Shown here: positions 27,183-37,528 of the stretch, one piece after another
Numbering within the stretch: position 1 is the stretch's first letter
How the letters are laid out: every line of letters starts with the position of its first letter
Source: Promethearchaeota archaeon
Lineage (GTDB): Archaea; Asgardarchaeota; Lokiarchaeia; Sigyniarchaeales; SOKP01
Direction: 5' to 3'
DNA: 52,005 nt
NCBI GenBank assembly: GCA_048939015.1
Contig: JBHLPW010000039.1
Location: 1-52,005 of the forward strand
Translations under genes and position numbers: made by a program
The notes under the pieces: generated by a model
What the model was told of the DNA's origin: nothing
Seen by the model: only the letters and a program-made list of their open reading frames with translations
Databases searched by the model: none

Positions 27183-27380
27183 TTATAAATCTTTCTCTTG
27201 TACGGTTTTCCTATTATTTGCTTTAGCTCTTCCAATTGCTTTGTCGAGAATACCAATGATTGCATCATTAAGTGCAGGACCATCAATCAAATCTCCACTT
27301 GTATTGCAACCCTTACCTTTGATATATTCTCGGACTTTACTTTTTACAAAAAGAGCCTCAACAGCAGCTTTTTTAGCCAT
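27183..27380 (-). CDS. short prokaryotic histone, alpha3/face-to-face-like type
   Basis: LFVKSKVREYIK...RAKANNRKTVQEKDL with RxTxxxxD histone motif and truncated alpha3; strong SD AGGAGG upstream. Confidence 0.85.
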   Translation of the reverse strand: MAKKAAVEALFVKSKVREYIKGKGCNTSGDLIDGPALNDAIIGILDKAIGRAKANNRKTVQEKDL

Positions 27381-27649
27381 TTTTTTATTCCTCCTTTAAA
27401 GTTTTTAAAAGTGTTTTAAAAATGTTTTAAATTAAATTTAATTTTAAATATTATTCTGTCTTCCTTATTTTTAAACTTTAAGATCAAATCATCTTAAACG
27501 ATGAATAAAAACTTCCTAGATGCAATTTTTATAAATTCAAATTTTAGTTAAATTTGAGTCAGAATTTAAAATTAAATATAAATTTAGTACGATATTATTT
27601 ATTCCATATTGGAAATAATTGATTTAATTAGAAAATTAGGTATTTTCTG

Positions 27650-29470
27650 ATGAAAACGGTTTCTCTCAATGGTAAATGGAAGTGCATATCTGATCATCAA
27701 AATATTGGTATTAAGAATAAATGGTATGATCAAGAGCATTATGAGCTTGATAGAAAAAATTTAATAGATATTGAAATTCCTAAAAGTTTTAACAATTTAG
27801 ATGAATTTGGGAATTTTGAAGGTATCGTTTGGCATTTTTATCAATTTAAAATGAGAGAAACATTAGATTTATCCAAGTTCGATTATCAAATTAGATTTAA
27901 AGGTGCTAACTATAATTCGAAAGTATGGTTAAATGGTAAGTATTTAGGTCAACATAATGGTGGATTTACACCTTTTACATTCAATATTAACAGTAAAATT
28001 ATAGATAAAGAGAATGATCTAATTGTTCGGATTGATAATAAAAGAAGAAAAGACTATGTGCCTGCAATTTCTTTTGATTGGTTTAATTGGGGAGGAATCT
28101 ACCGAGACGTAGATTTAATAATCTTAGATAAGAATAGGCTAGAAAAAGTCTCTATAAAAACTTCTGTGATCACAAAACAGAAGAGTAAAATTGAGGTAAC
28201 GTTCCAAATTAAAGGGAAAGTCTCTCTAAGGTGGCAGGTATTGGATCAATCCAAATCTAATGTCTTATATAATGGAACCTCTCTTGAAAGTTCTGGGAAT
28301 GGAGGTTTTAATTTTGTTATGAAGAATCCTCAGCTATGGTCTCCAGAAAATCCTAATCTCTATAATTTAGAAATTTATAATTCATTGCACAACGATACCT
28401 TAATTTTTGAGACTTATTTTGGCATAAGACAAATTGAAATCAACGGGATAGATTTGATTTTGAATAAGGAAAAAATCTTTTTGAAAGGAGCTAGTTTACA
28501 TGAAGAATATATGCCCTATGGAAGAACTATTCCGTATGAAAAGCGAAGGGAGGATATTCTTAATATTAAAGCCCTTGGATTTAATGCTATTAGAACTGCT
28601 CATTATTCCCATGATGAAGCGTTAATGGATATTGCAGATAAGGAAGGAATCTTAATACTTGAAGAAATACCCGTATATTGGGCAATTGATTTTAAAAATC
28701 TAAAGACATGTGAAACCGCAGCAAATATGTTGAAAGAACTTATTTGGCGCGATATTAATCATCCCTCTGTTATTTGGTGGAGTGTGGGGAATGAATGTCC
28801 ATTACATAAGAAATCATGTTCCAAGTTTATTAAATCCTTAATTAATTTAGCTAAGGAAATTGACAATACTAGACTTGTTACCGTAGTTTCCCGAAAGTTA
28901 ATACCTGATTTAACAAGAAAAGCAGTGGATATAGCAACAATTAATACATATTTTGGTTGGTATTTTGGCCATGAAAGGATGATTAGTTTGGTTTTAGATT
29001 TAATTCGAACCCCGTTTATTAATAAGCCTTGGATTTATACAGAATTTGGGGCTGGGGCAAAATATGGTTTCCATGGTGATTGGAACAAACAAGTAAAATT
29101 TAGTGAAGAAAAGCAATTACAAGTTTTGGATTACACAATTAAAACCATTAATTCAAAAGAATACTTCGCAGGTTGGTTTATTTGGATTTACAGAGATTTT
29201 CGTGCACTTCATCGTAATAATGAATATCAACAAGGCTATAATAGAAAGGGAATAGTGAGTGGAGAAAAAAATGAAAAAAAACTTATTGCATACAGATTTC
29301 CAAAAATTATTAATGAACAAAGAAAAACCATTAATACAAAGATGATAGGAATTCTTTTATGGATTGTTTTATATCCATTTTCATTGTTTTTTACAAGACT
29401 AATGAATCAAGTCTTTGAAGTTATGTCAAAAAAAGAATCTCTATTCTTAACATTTGATCAAATTTCTTGA
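27650..29470 (+). CDS. glycoside hydrolase family 2 (beta-glucuronidase/galactosidase-like) with C-terminal TM
   Basis: DWFNWGGIYRDV, GFNAIRTAHY, NHPSVIWWSVGNE (acid/base), TEFGA (nucleophile), NRKG. Confidence 0.93.
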   Translation: MKTVSLNGKWKCISDHQNIGIKNKWYDQEHYELDRKNLIDIEIPKSFNNLDEFGNFEGIVWHFYQFKMRETLDLSKFDYQIRFKGANYNSKVWLNGKYLGQHNGGFTPFTFNINSKIIDKENDLIVRIDNKRRKDYVPAISFDWFNWGGIYRDVDLIILDKNRLEKVSIKTSVITKQKSKIEVTFQIKGKVSLRWQVLDQSKSNVLYNGTSLESSGNGGFNFVMKNPQLWSPENPNLYNLEIYNSLHNDTLIFETYFGIRQIEINGIDLILNKEKIFLKGASLHEEYMPYGRTIPYEKRREDILNIKALGFNAIRTAHYSHDEALMDIADKEGILILEEIPVYWAIDFKNLKTCETAANMLKELIWRDINHPSVIWWSVGNECPLHKKSCSKFIKSLINLAKEIDNTRLVTVVSRKLIPDLTRKAVDIATINTYFGWYFGHERMISLVLDLIRTPFINKPWIYTEFGAGAKYGFHGDWNKQVKFSEEKQLQVLDYTIKTINSKEYFAGWFIWIYRDFRALHRNNEYQQGYNRKGIVSGEKNEKKLIAYRFPKIINEQRKTINTKMIGILLWIVLYPFSLFFTRLMNQVFEVMSKKESLFLTFDQIS

Positions 29471-29491
29471 AATTAAAAGAACATCAGAAAG

Positions 29492-30511
29492 TTGAAGGAA
29501 ATAATTCTCTCAAAAGCTCCTGTCCGAATATGTGATATTGGAGGGTGGACTGACACATGGTTTTATCCAAAAGGTGCTATTTTTAGTATTAGTATCAATT
29601 TATATAGTCATGTTAAAATTCTTCCTAATTTTTCAAAGAGTGTCAAAATTTATTCAGAAAATCTTAATTTAAGTACAGAAATCCGAGATTTTCATAATAT
29701 AAAGTATGATGACAATCTCGATTTGCTAAAAGCAGCAGTAAAAAGAATGAGTATTAATACAGGGATTGATATTTATGTTAAAGCTGAAGCTCCTCCTGGT
29801 TGTGGTACAGGAACAAGTGCTAGCGTAGCCGTTGCTTTAATTGCAGCATTAGCTCATTTTTCCGATAAAGAATTACAAAAAGGAGAGATTGCAGATTTAG
29901 CTCATAAGCTTGAGACTGAAGAGTTATGTCTGGAAAGTGGGGTTCAAGATCAGTATGCTGCAGCTTATGGAGGATTAAATTTCATGAAAGTTGAATATCC
30001 GTCTGTGAAGATAACTCCGATAAATATCGATAAAACTAGACTAAGTGAACTTGAACGTCAATTGATTTTAGTATATTTAGGTTCGAGAAGTTCTAATATA
30101 ATGCATAAAGCTGTAATAAGTAGCTATAAGAAGGGTGATATATCCACTTTAAAATCCTTAGAAATCATGAAAAATTGTGCTTATGAGATGAAAGAATTAA
30201 TTAATTCTGAAAATCTTGGTGTAATCGGTGAGGTTATGAATAAGAATTGGAAAGCTCAAAAAAATTTACACCCCCTCATGACTAATCCAATGATCAATGA
30301 AGTGGAAAAATTGGCTGAAAAATACGGAGCTCTAGGTTTTAAATTAAATGGTGCTGGAGGAGGTGGATCAGCAACAATATTATCTGCAAAAGGATCTGAA
30401 AATAAAATTAAAGCGAAAATTGAAAATGCAGGATTTAAAGTGCTTCCAGTAAAATTAAATCTTAATGGTGTTCAAACATGGATAAGTAAAATGAATAATA
30501 ATAAAAAGTAA
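29492..30511 (+). CDS. GHMP-family sugar kinase (HddA/fucokinase/glucuronokinase-like)
   Basis: APVRICDIGGWTD, PPGCGTGTSAS, GVQDQYAAAYGG, KLNGAGGGG. Confidence 0.9.
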   Translation: MKEIILSKAPVRICDIGGWTDTWFYPKGAIFSISINLYSHVKILPNFSKSVKIYSENLNLSTEIRDFHNIKYDDNLDLLKAAVKRMSINTGIDIYVKAEAPPGCGTGTSASVAVALIAALAHFSDKELQKGEIADLAHKLETEELCLESGVQDQYAAAYGGLNFMKVEYPSVKITPINIDKTRLSELERQLILVYLGSRSSNIMHKAVISSYKKGDISTLKSLEIMKNCAYEMKELINSENLGVIGEVMNKNWKAQKNLHPLMTNPMINEVEKLAEKYGALGFKLNGAGGGGSATILSAKGSENKIKAKIENAGFKVLPVKLNLNGVQTWISKMNNNKK

Positions 30512-30568
30512 AATTTGTAGAAAACTAAAAAATCAGTGCTTTTTATACTTATTTTTTAATAGTAAATC

Positions 30569-31369
30569 ATGGGAATTCAGGATCAACTACCCATGTCTTC
30601 AATAATTAAAAGATCTTATGATAATCTAAACATTCACAATATCTTTATCTATAATAGATCCGGTGTTTGTTTTTACGGCAAGAATTTTACTGATTACTTT
30701 AAAGTTGAAAAAAACCTTGTTTCTCCCTTTATCACAGCTTTAATGTCTTTTTCTAAAGAAATGATTGGGAAAAAATTTAAGACATTAGAAATGGGTGATG
30801 TAAAATTTGTAATTTTTGAAATGGGTCAAATGAACTACAACATTTTATGTGATACAATAGAAAACGAGAAATTCTTAGAGGAAATTATTTCAAAAATTAA
30901 CAAACGCGTTTCTAAATATATGATTAAAAACAGAATTAATATTGATAACCAAATCGTATTCGATAGCAAACTAAATAATACGATTGAAGAAATTATCGAT
31001 GATGTCTTTAGTAATGAGTTTAATTTAAAGAAGGAACAAAAGATTATCGAATATATAAAAGAAACGAAATCATTTGATGGAATAGATGGTACTATTCTTT
31101 TAACAGATAGAGGAAAGGTTATATACTCTTCTTACAACACAGTAAATCTAAAAAATTTTCTAAAAGAAGTTGAATTCCGTGTTAAAATATATAATAATTC
31201 CATATTAAAGTTATTTTATACACTAAAGGATAATAGATTTATATTTTCAGAGTACGTAAAGAATAAATATTTCATTATATTAGTTTTTAATTCACATGTC
31301 AAATTTGGGATGGCTGAACATTATTTAACACGTATTGTGAAATCTGTTAAAAAGATCCTTTTAGATTAA
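30569..31369 (+). CDS. longin-like plus roadblock/LC7-like fusion protein
   Basis: N-terminal IFIYNRSGVCFY...FITALMSFSKEM (longin); C-terminal GIDGTILLTDRGKVIYS...IILVFNSHVKFGM (roadblock). Confidence 0.7.
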   Translation: MGIQDQLPMSSIIKRSYDNLNIHNIFIYNRSGVCFYGKNFTDYFKVEKNLVSPFITALMSFSKEMIGKKFKTLEMGDVKFVIFEMGQMNYNILCDTIENEKFLEEIISKINKRVSKYMIKNRINIDNQIVFDSKLNNTIEEIIDDVFSNEFNLKKEQKIIEYIKETKSFDGIDGTILLTDRGKVIYSSYNTVNLKNFLKEVEFRVKIYNNSILKLFYTLKDNRFIFSEYVKNKYFIILVFNSHVKFGMAEHYLTRIVKSVKKILLD

Positions 31370-31509
31370 ATTATTTTTCAAGTAGACTGGTTTTTTAAGT
31401 ATTGCTATCTTTAAAAATCTTAGATTAAGATTCATATTTATGATTTATAAAGACTAAATTAAAAAATCTTTTAGTATAATCATAAACTAAAATTGATTGT
31501 GAATATACC

Positions 31510-32013
31510 ATGTCTAAAACAGAAGAAGGTTTAAAAGAAGCATTTGCTGGAGAATCACAAGCAAACCGTAAATATTTAGCCTTTGGTGAAAAGGCAGATC
31601 AAGAAGGATTCTCTCAAATCGCAAAAATTTTTAGAGCTGCTGCGGCTGCAGAAACAGTCCATGCCCATAATCATCTTAGAGTTCTTGGTGGGGTTAAATC
31701 AACAAAAGAAAATATAAAAGCTGCTATCGAAGGAGAACATTATGAATTTACAAAGATGTATCCTGAATTTCTTGAAGCTGCTATGAATGAAGGAAACAAA
31801 GATGCAGAAAGAACATTTAAATACGCTAATGAAGTAGAAAAAGTGCATCATAAATTATATAGTTCTGCTCTTGAAGCAATTGAGAATGGTAAGGATTTAG
31901 AGAAAAAGGATGTATATATTTGCCCCGTCTGTGGATATACTCATGAAGGAGATCCACCAGATAATTGTCCTGTTTGTGGAGCAGCAAAAAAAGTTTTTAA
32001 GCAAATTACTTAA
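31510..32013 (+). CDS. rbr: rubrerythrin
   Basis: AFAGESQANRKY, ETVH, EKVH, C-terminal CPVCG...CPVCG. Confidence 0.96.
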   Translation: MSKTEEGLKEAFAGESQANRKYLAFGEKADQEGFSQIAKIFRAAAAAETVHAHNHLRVLGGVKSTKENIKAAIEGEHYEFTKMYPEFLEAAMNEGNKDAERTFKYANEVEKVHHKLYSSALEAIENGKDLEKKDVYICPVCGYTHEGDPPDNCPVCGAAKKVFKQIT

Positions 32014-32044
32014 TTTTTTTTATTTTTTTTTGATTTTCACCATT

Positions 32045-33634
32045 TTATATGGTCCAAGGACTATAACATTCTTTAATTTTCAATAAGTAATTATTTAGAG
32101 AAAAATTCAAATCCTTTTCTGCTTTTTGTAAATTAACAAATGTGGCACCATTATTATAATACTCAAAAAGTAAATTAGAAACCTCCTGATTTCCTAAAGA
32201 GATTAAAGTTTGCAATCGAGCATTTTTAATAATTGATTTAAAATTTCTAAACTTTAACTTTATTGAACTTATCTTCCTAAGTTCTTGTTCCAATCTCTGA
32301 TACTTTCTTTGATATTCAGATATCTTATCATCTAAAAAGGATGATATCTCTTTTTCATATGGTGTGTTAAGTTTTGGTATAAATGGATTGACATTTATTC
32401 TTAATGAATTCTTAGGGAAACCTATTTGGTCGATTAGTTCCAATAAGTTTACAATGGCTTCAATATCTTTTTCAGATTCACCAGGTAATCCAATTAGGAA
32501 GTAAAATTTTACATTTTTGATCTGAGAATTCTTTATTAAAGTTAAGACAGAAATAATTTTTTCGTTTGAAATTTTTTTTCCAAGCGCATATCTTAATTTT
32601 TCAGATCCTGCTTCCGGGGCTATTGTAATTGTTTTAATTTCCGCTTTTTCGAATACTTTAATTATTTCTTCTGTTAAGTGTTCAACTCGAATTGAAGGAA
32701 TAGTCAATCTTTTTCCCATATCAATTATATATTCACAAATTTGCTTGAATTTAGGATGGGATGATACACAAGAACCTATAAGACTAATTGTTTCATAGTT
32801 AGAATAATGTATGCTTTCTTGAAGGGAATTAATTATGTTTTCATAACTTTTATTTCGAAATGGATAATTATGAAATGAGGATATACAAAATTTACATTGA
32901 AATGGACACCCTCGATTTATTTCTAAAAAGAAATTACTTTCAAAAATAGGTTTTTTATGAGGAAAGCTAGAGATTAATTGAAATATGGGTGTTGGAGAAT
33001 CATCAAGATTTTTTAGAGTTGCTCTTATTACTTTATTTTCAAGTATCGGAATAAATAATCCTTCAATATTTTTTGCTCTCTTTAAAAATTCTTTATAAGT
33101 TATTTTTTTATCAATGTAGTTTTGAAATAAATCGAAGAAAATGGGTAAATTTTGTTCTGAATCGCCGATAAATAAGATATCAAAAAATTTACTAAACGGA
33201 ATTGGATTTGAAGTAACAGCCGGACCACCTGCAATTAATAGTGGATACTTAGAATCATCTTTTATAATTCTTTCTTGACGCTCTAGAGTAGTTAAAGGAA
33301 CTTCTGCTTTATCTAATATCCATAATACATTTTTAAAATCATTTTCAAAATGTATTGAAAATCCTAGAATATCAAATTCATTTGGTAATATTTTATTTTC
33401 AAGAGATCGCAAAACGTTTATTGAAGCATGATCTTTTGAAGCAGGAAATCTTAAAGATAGGTCATTAGGTAGAAAAATCCTTTCACAGGCAATATATTTA
33501 AATGAGTTAATTAAGTAATAGAGAAGTCTAATAGAATATGAAGACATGCCAAGTTTGATTTTATTAGGATATACTAATCCAAAAGAAAATTCAATTTTAC
33601 GCCAATCCTTAATTATAATGTTCTCTGTAAGCAT
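32045..33634 (-). CDS. radical SAM protein with N-terminal B12-binding-like domain
   Basis: EINRGCPFQCKFC (CxxxCxxC), IAGGP, TIAPEAGSEKLR, YFLIGLPGE. Confidence 0.9.
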   Translation of the reverse strand: MLTENIIIKDWRKIEFSFGLVYPNKIKLGMSSYSIRLLYYLINSFKYIACERIFLPNDLSLRFPASKDHASINVLRSLENKILPNEFDILGFSIHFENDFKNVLWILDKAEVPLTTLERQERIIKDDSKYPLLIAGGPAVTSNPIPFSKFFDILFIGDSEQNLPIFFDLFQNYIDKKITYKEFLKRAKNIEGLFIPILENKVIRATLKNLDDSPTPIFQLISSFPHKKPIFESNFFLEINRGCPFQCKFCISSFHNYPFRNKSYENIINSLQESIHYSNYETISLIGSCVSSHPKFKQICEYIIDMGKRLTIPSIRVEHLTEEIIKVFEKAEIKTITIAPEAGSEKLRYALGKKISNEKIISVLTLIKNSQIKNVKFYFLIGLPGESEKDIEAIVNLLELIDQIGFPKNSLRINVNPFIPKLNTPYEKEISSFLDDKISEYQRKYQRLEQELRKISSIKLKFRNFKSIIKNARLQTLISLGNQEVSNLLFEYYNNGATFVNLQKAEKDLNFSLNNYLLKIKECYSPWTI

Positions 33635-33671
33635 ATATAAGGTTTTTAAAAATTAATTTTATAAAAATCAT

Positions 33672-34472
33672 TCAATCATACGATATAGAATCATTCTCTG
33701 TTTTAATTTTCTTAATTTCTTCTACGATAAGAGGTAAAATTGTACCTGTTTTATGATTGATAACTACTTCTGCCCGTTCATCTAAATCAGTTGGATCATC
33801 ATTGATTATTATCAATTTTCCTCCTTCTCTTAAAGTATAAAGAGGTAAATCACAAATAGGTGCAACTGTGAGAGAAGATCCAGCTATTAACATTAGATCT
33901 GATTTTTTTGCTAAATCAATTGCCATATATTTTTCAAAATTAGGCAATTGTTCTCCAAATAAGACTACCGAAGGTTTTAATGGGGCACCGCAATAATTAC
34001 ATGCGGGGTTTTTCTCTTTTTTAACTTTACGCAATATTTGCTCTTTAGAATAGCTTGCACGGCATCCTATACAAGTAAATCTATTAATATTCCCATGAAC
34101 TTCATAAACAATTATAGAACCTGCTTTTTGGTGTAATTCATCTATATTTTGTGTAATTACCGCTTTAATGATATTCATCTTTTCAAGAACGGCAATCGCA
34201 TGGTGACCAGGATTGGGTTCTGCGCTGAATAACGTAGGTGCAATGTCCTCGGCCATTTTCCAAAACTTTGACGGATCTTTTAAAAATGACTGAATAGTTC
34301 CATATATTTCTGGTTTATACTTTTTCCAAATTCCACTTTCCCCTCTAAAATCGGGAATTCCTGATTCTGTCGAAATTCCTGCTCCAGTTAATACTATAGC
34401 ATGTTTTGAGTTTAATATTAATTCTGAAGCTTTACGGATATTTTCTTTTACTTTTACTTTCAATTTGTTCAT
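33672..34472 (-). CDS. cobB: NAD-dependent protein deacylase (Sir2 family)
   Basis: TGAGISTESGIPDFRG, TQNIDELH, HG, two CxxC, VVLFGE. Confidence 0.95.
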   Translation of the reverse strand: MNKLKVKVKENIRKASELILNSKHAIVLTGAGISTESGIPDFRGESGIWKKYKPEIYGTIQSFLKDPSKFWKMAEDIAPTLFSAEPNPGHHAIAVLEKMNIIKAVITQNIDELHQKAGSIIVYEVHGNINRFTCIGCRASYSKEQILRKVKKEKNPACNYCGAPLKPSVVLFGEQLPNFEKYMAIDLAKKSDLMLIAGSSLTVAPICDLPLYTLREGGKLIIINDDPTDLDERAEVVINHKTGTILPLIVEEIKKIKTENDSISYD

Positions 34473-34645
34473 GTTCCATATTGATGAAAATGATTAAGTT
34501 GTTAATGCATGTAATTCTAATAAAATTTATACTTATAGTTTAAATTAATACGTACTAGTGCATATTTCTAACATAAAATCAAAAAAAATTAATATATTCA
34601 ATAATTCTAATATTCATAATAGCTAATTTCTCAAAGTTTTTCTGC

Positions 34646-35545
34646 ATGATCTCTTCTTTCAGTATTATTCTAGAGAATGATGTTTTATATTGTTCTGATG
34701 AAGATAGATACAAAGCTTTTGAAATAGTATTATTTGTAGAAAAGCTCATGAATATATTTAGATGGCGTTTAAAACATATCTGTTTTAAAGGCAGAAAAAA
34801 AAAAAGAGAAAGAATTATTGTTGAACATATCATTACAAATGCTGGTCAGAATCTATTTTTTTGCTGCATTGGTCATTTTCCTGTAGGGTCAAAACAATCT
34901 TTTAAAATGTTAAAAGAATTCCGTGATCAAGTTAAAATTCAATATAAAGATCTTGCTCGATTAAAATTTGCCTCAAGAGAACCAACATTTAAGCAAGTTA
35001 TTAATCTTATAACAGAATATTTAAAAGATAAATATTTAGATCCTTTAGAAGAAGAAATTATTTATGATAAAGTTAATAATAATAATGGTAATAATGCTAT
35101 TTTATATGCAGGTATTTCTGCACAAGGATTGCCAATTATTTCTCAATTATATGACAATAATCTTTTAAGTACCCTAGAAAGAGAGAAAACTTTTGAAAAT
35201 ATTGAGTTATTTAGTTCAGATCTTTCAGCTAAACTAGCTACTATTTCCATGAACACCCTAATCCGTACTAAAACAAAGATTAAAGAGATCCATCTGGATG
35301 ATATTATCGATTCTGAAAATTATAATGGTAAAAAAGTTATACTTTTTGGAAATATAAATGGTTATTCAATAGATTTCATAGCTACGGGTAATTTTTATAA
35401 AATAAAAATAATATTTAAACAACTCAAGGCAAAAATGGCATTGGACTCTGCCTTTAATAATGAATTTTCAGGAGATTTAAGACCTTTCAAACATTTATCT
35501 TATTATCTTGATGAAGTGGTTAAAGAATTTGAACAAAATCATTAA
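34646..35545 (+). CDS. hypothetical protein, possible tandem longin-like domains
   Basis: SSFSIILENDVLY and ILYAGISAQGLPIISQLY beta-hairpin starts, each followed by helix-3 strands-helix pattern. Confidence 0.55.
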   Translation: MISSFSIILENDVLYCSDEDRYKAFEIVLFVEKLMNIFRWRLKHICFKGRKKKRERIIVEHIITNAGQNLFFCCIGHFPVGSKQSFKMLKEFRDQVKIQYKDLARLKFASREPTFKQVINLITEYLKDKYLDPLEEEIIYDKVNNNNGNNAILYAGISAQGLPIISQLYDNNLLSTLEREKTFENIELFSSDLSAKLATISMNTLIRTKTKIKEIHLDDIIDSENYNGKKVILFGNINGYSIDFIATGNFYKIKIIFKQLKAKMALDSAFNNEFSGDLRPFKHLSYYLDEVVKEFEQNH

Positions 35546-35598
35546 GCTATTAAATAAAAATTAATATAATGAATTAATTATTTGTATATCTTTCTATT

Positions 35599-37356
35599 TT
35601 ATTGAATTGCCAATTGTTCTTGAATTTTTGGTGATTCTCTTTTTTTAAACTCTCGGAATAACCTCGAGAATTTTAGTGGTTTGCCGGTATAATTTATTAC
35701 CGCTAATGCTTGTTCTTGGTAAGCAATAAAGAGTTTATTCGAAAATTCTTCCCATTCTCGACATATAGCTAAAGTTTCTTCATCATTTTTAAGAAGAGTT
35801 TCATATGACATAATTCTGTTAAATTCTAATGCATATTCTTCAATAATATCCAAGTTTGCTCCTTCTAGTAAATCTCTGCAAAAATCATCAGCAGAATACC
35901 AGTCTTTTACTCGCGAAAAATCTCGGTGAATTTGTGTGAGGAGAACATTTCTGGGGCCTTCCCATAGTTCCATAATCATTGAATCTCTATGAAAGCGTGG
36001 AGATGAAAGAAAATCTTCCATAATACCATGTCCTCCATAAAATGAAATTGCTTTTCTTATCATCTTTGGTGCCTCATCCGCTACTACGATTTTTTGAAGC
36101 ATAATCAATTCTCGTAATCTAAATCGACGTTTTCGTTCTTCAATATCTTCAATTTTTTCTAAATCTCTTATACCACTAATTAATCTTTCTTGAAAATGAA
36201 TGTACTCCCCATAAACTTTAAAACAACCAGCTGCTGTTCTTTTAGCAAAATGATCTAATTCATTTATTTGATTTATCATCATAGGAAAGGAAGATATTGG
36301 TATACCAAAGGCAGTTCTAAATTGAGAATATAATATCGCTTCTCTTGCTACTCTCAATGCTCCTGATGCCATTCCAAAGGCAACATGAAGCCTTGATAAT
36401 GAAAGAACAATCCCTACAATATCGGCAAGCCCCATTTCAAGGGGTCCTATTGGATATGCTACAGTACCATTATATGTAATTTCTGCTGTTGGTAATTCAG
36501 CAGTTCCTAATTTTTGTTTAAGGCGATCAATAGTATAAGAATTTCTTATTTCCATTTCCTTGTTCCCGGGTAACCATGCAGGAACCGCAAATGCGGCTAC
36601 TCTTGTTGATGATTGTGTTCCTTTAGGTTTTGCAGTAACTATTTGATGATCTGACTGGATTGCTGAACAAAAGAATTTTTGACCATATAGGCGCCATACA
36701 TTTGAATAGCCATCTGGGCCTTTCGCTTCTTCAAATACTGCTTCAACTAAGTTTGCAGGAACATCGCTACCACCTTGAATTTCGCTTACAAATTGAGATC
36801 CTAATGCATATTCACCATTTATGCCATCTCTAATGGAAGTAAGGACATTTTTTGCTTCAGTGCTTAAAGTATCCTCATACTTTTGCATTAACTCAACTGC
36901 TCCATGGGTGCAAGCCACAGGACACATTACGCCTGCTTCCCCATTCTCATATAATAAGAACATTTTAATAAATCTACTCCATGCTGAATTCCTTGTGGGA
37001 TCAAAAAGACCAAGGCTAAAAACTTCATGTTCTAAAATCTCAGTCTCTAAACATCTTTCTATGCGATCTATTCGATGATTATGAGCATCATAATGCTTCA
37101 CTTTAGTAACTTTTATTCGATTTTCAAGCTCATTAGCTTTATCAGCAAGATTTCGGAATCGAAATGAAATATAATCAGAAAGAGCTTGAAGGTCTCTATC
37201 AATTTTCTCAAACTCGTCCTGGGGGACATATTTTTTCACAAGAGCTTGTAGAAACTTATCATCTTTATAATAATTGATATGCTCTCTTACAAATAAAAAA
37301 TCATCAAAGGAGTAAGGATTGTTTCTATTTCCTTCTTGTTCAGAAATTAGTATCAC
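35599..37356 (-). CDS. acyl-CoA dehydrogenase, AidB-like
   Basis: CPVACT, SEIQGGSDV, LYGQKFFCS, RLKQKLGT, GGHGIMED, LWEGPRNV. Confidence 0.92.
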   Translation of the reverse strand: MILISEQEGNRNNPYSFDDFLFVREHINYYKDDKFLQALVKKYVPQDEFEKIDRDLQALSDYISFRFRNLADKANELENRIKVTKVKHYDAHNHRIDRIERCLETEILEHEVFSLGLFDPTRNSAWSRFIKMFLLYENGEAGVMCPVACTHGAVELMQKYEDTLSTEAKNVLTSIRDGINGEYALGSQFVSEIQGGSDVPANLVEAVFEEAKGPDGYSNVWRLYGQKFFCSAIQSDHQIVTAKPKGTQSSTRVAAFAVPAWLPGNKEMEIRNSYTIDRLKQKLGTAELPTAEITYNGTVAYPIGPLEMGLADIVGIVLSLSRLHVAFGMASGALRVAREAILYSQFRTAFGIPISSFPMMINQINELDHFAKRTAAGCFKVYGEYIHFQERLISGIRDLEKIEDIEERKRRFRLRELIMLQKIVVADEAPKMIRKAISFYGGHGIMEDFLSSPRFHRDSMIMELWEGPRNVLLTQIHRDFSRVKDWYSADDFCRDLLEGANLDIIEEYALEFNRIMSYETLLKNDEETLAICREWEEFSNKLFIAYQEQALAVINYTGKPLKFSRLFREFKKRESPKIQEQLAIQ

Positions 37357-37528
37357 TTCCTATTATTAATTATAATCAATAATAAAATGTACCTTAGGAG
37401 ATATATTTTAATAAACGTATATAGTTTATTAATTTTTTAGAAATTAAATATTCTTGAATTATGAGATAGTATATTTCTCATACAAAAATAATAATAATAA
37501 TATTTAGTTATTCAGTACTATATTTTTC

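Noticed and set aside
27049-27419. Two + strand ORFs (116 and 73 aa)
   Set aside because: Antisense to the histone gene, which has a clear motif and SD.
37460-37482. TATGAGA-N9-TCTCATA inverted repeat downstream of rps3ae
   Set aside because: Single short AT-rich stem; cannot distinguish terminator, operator or chance.
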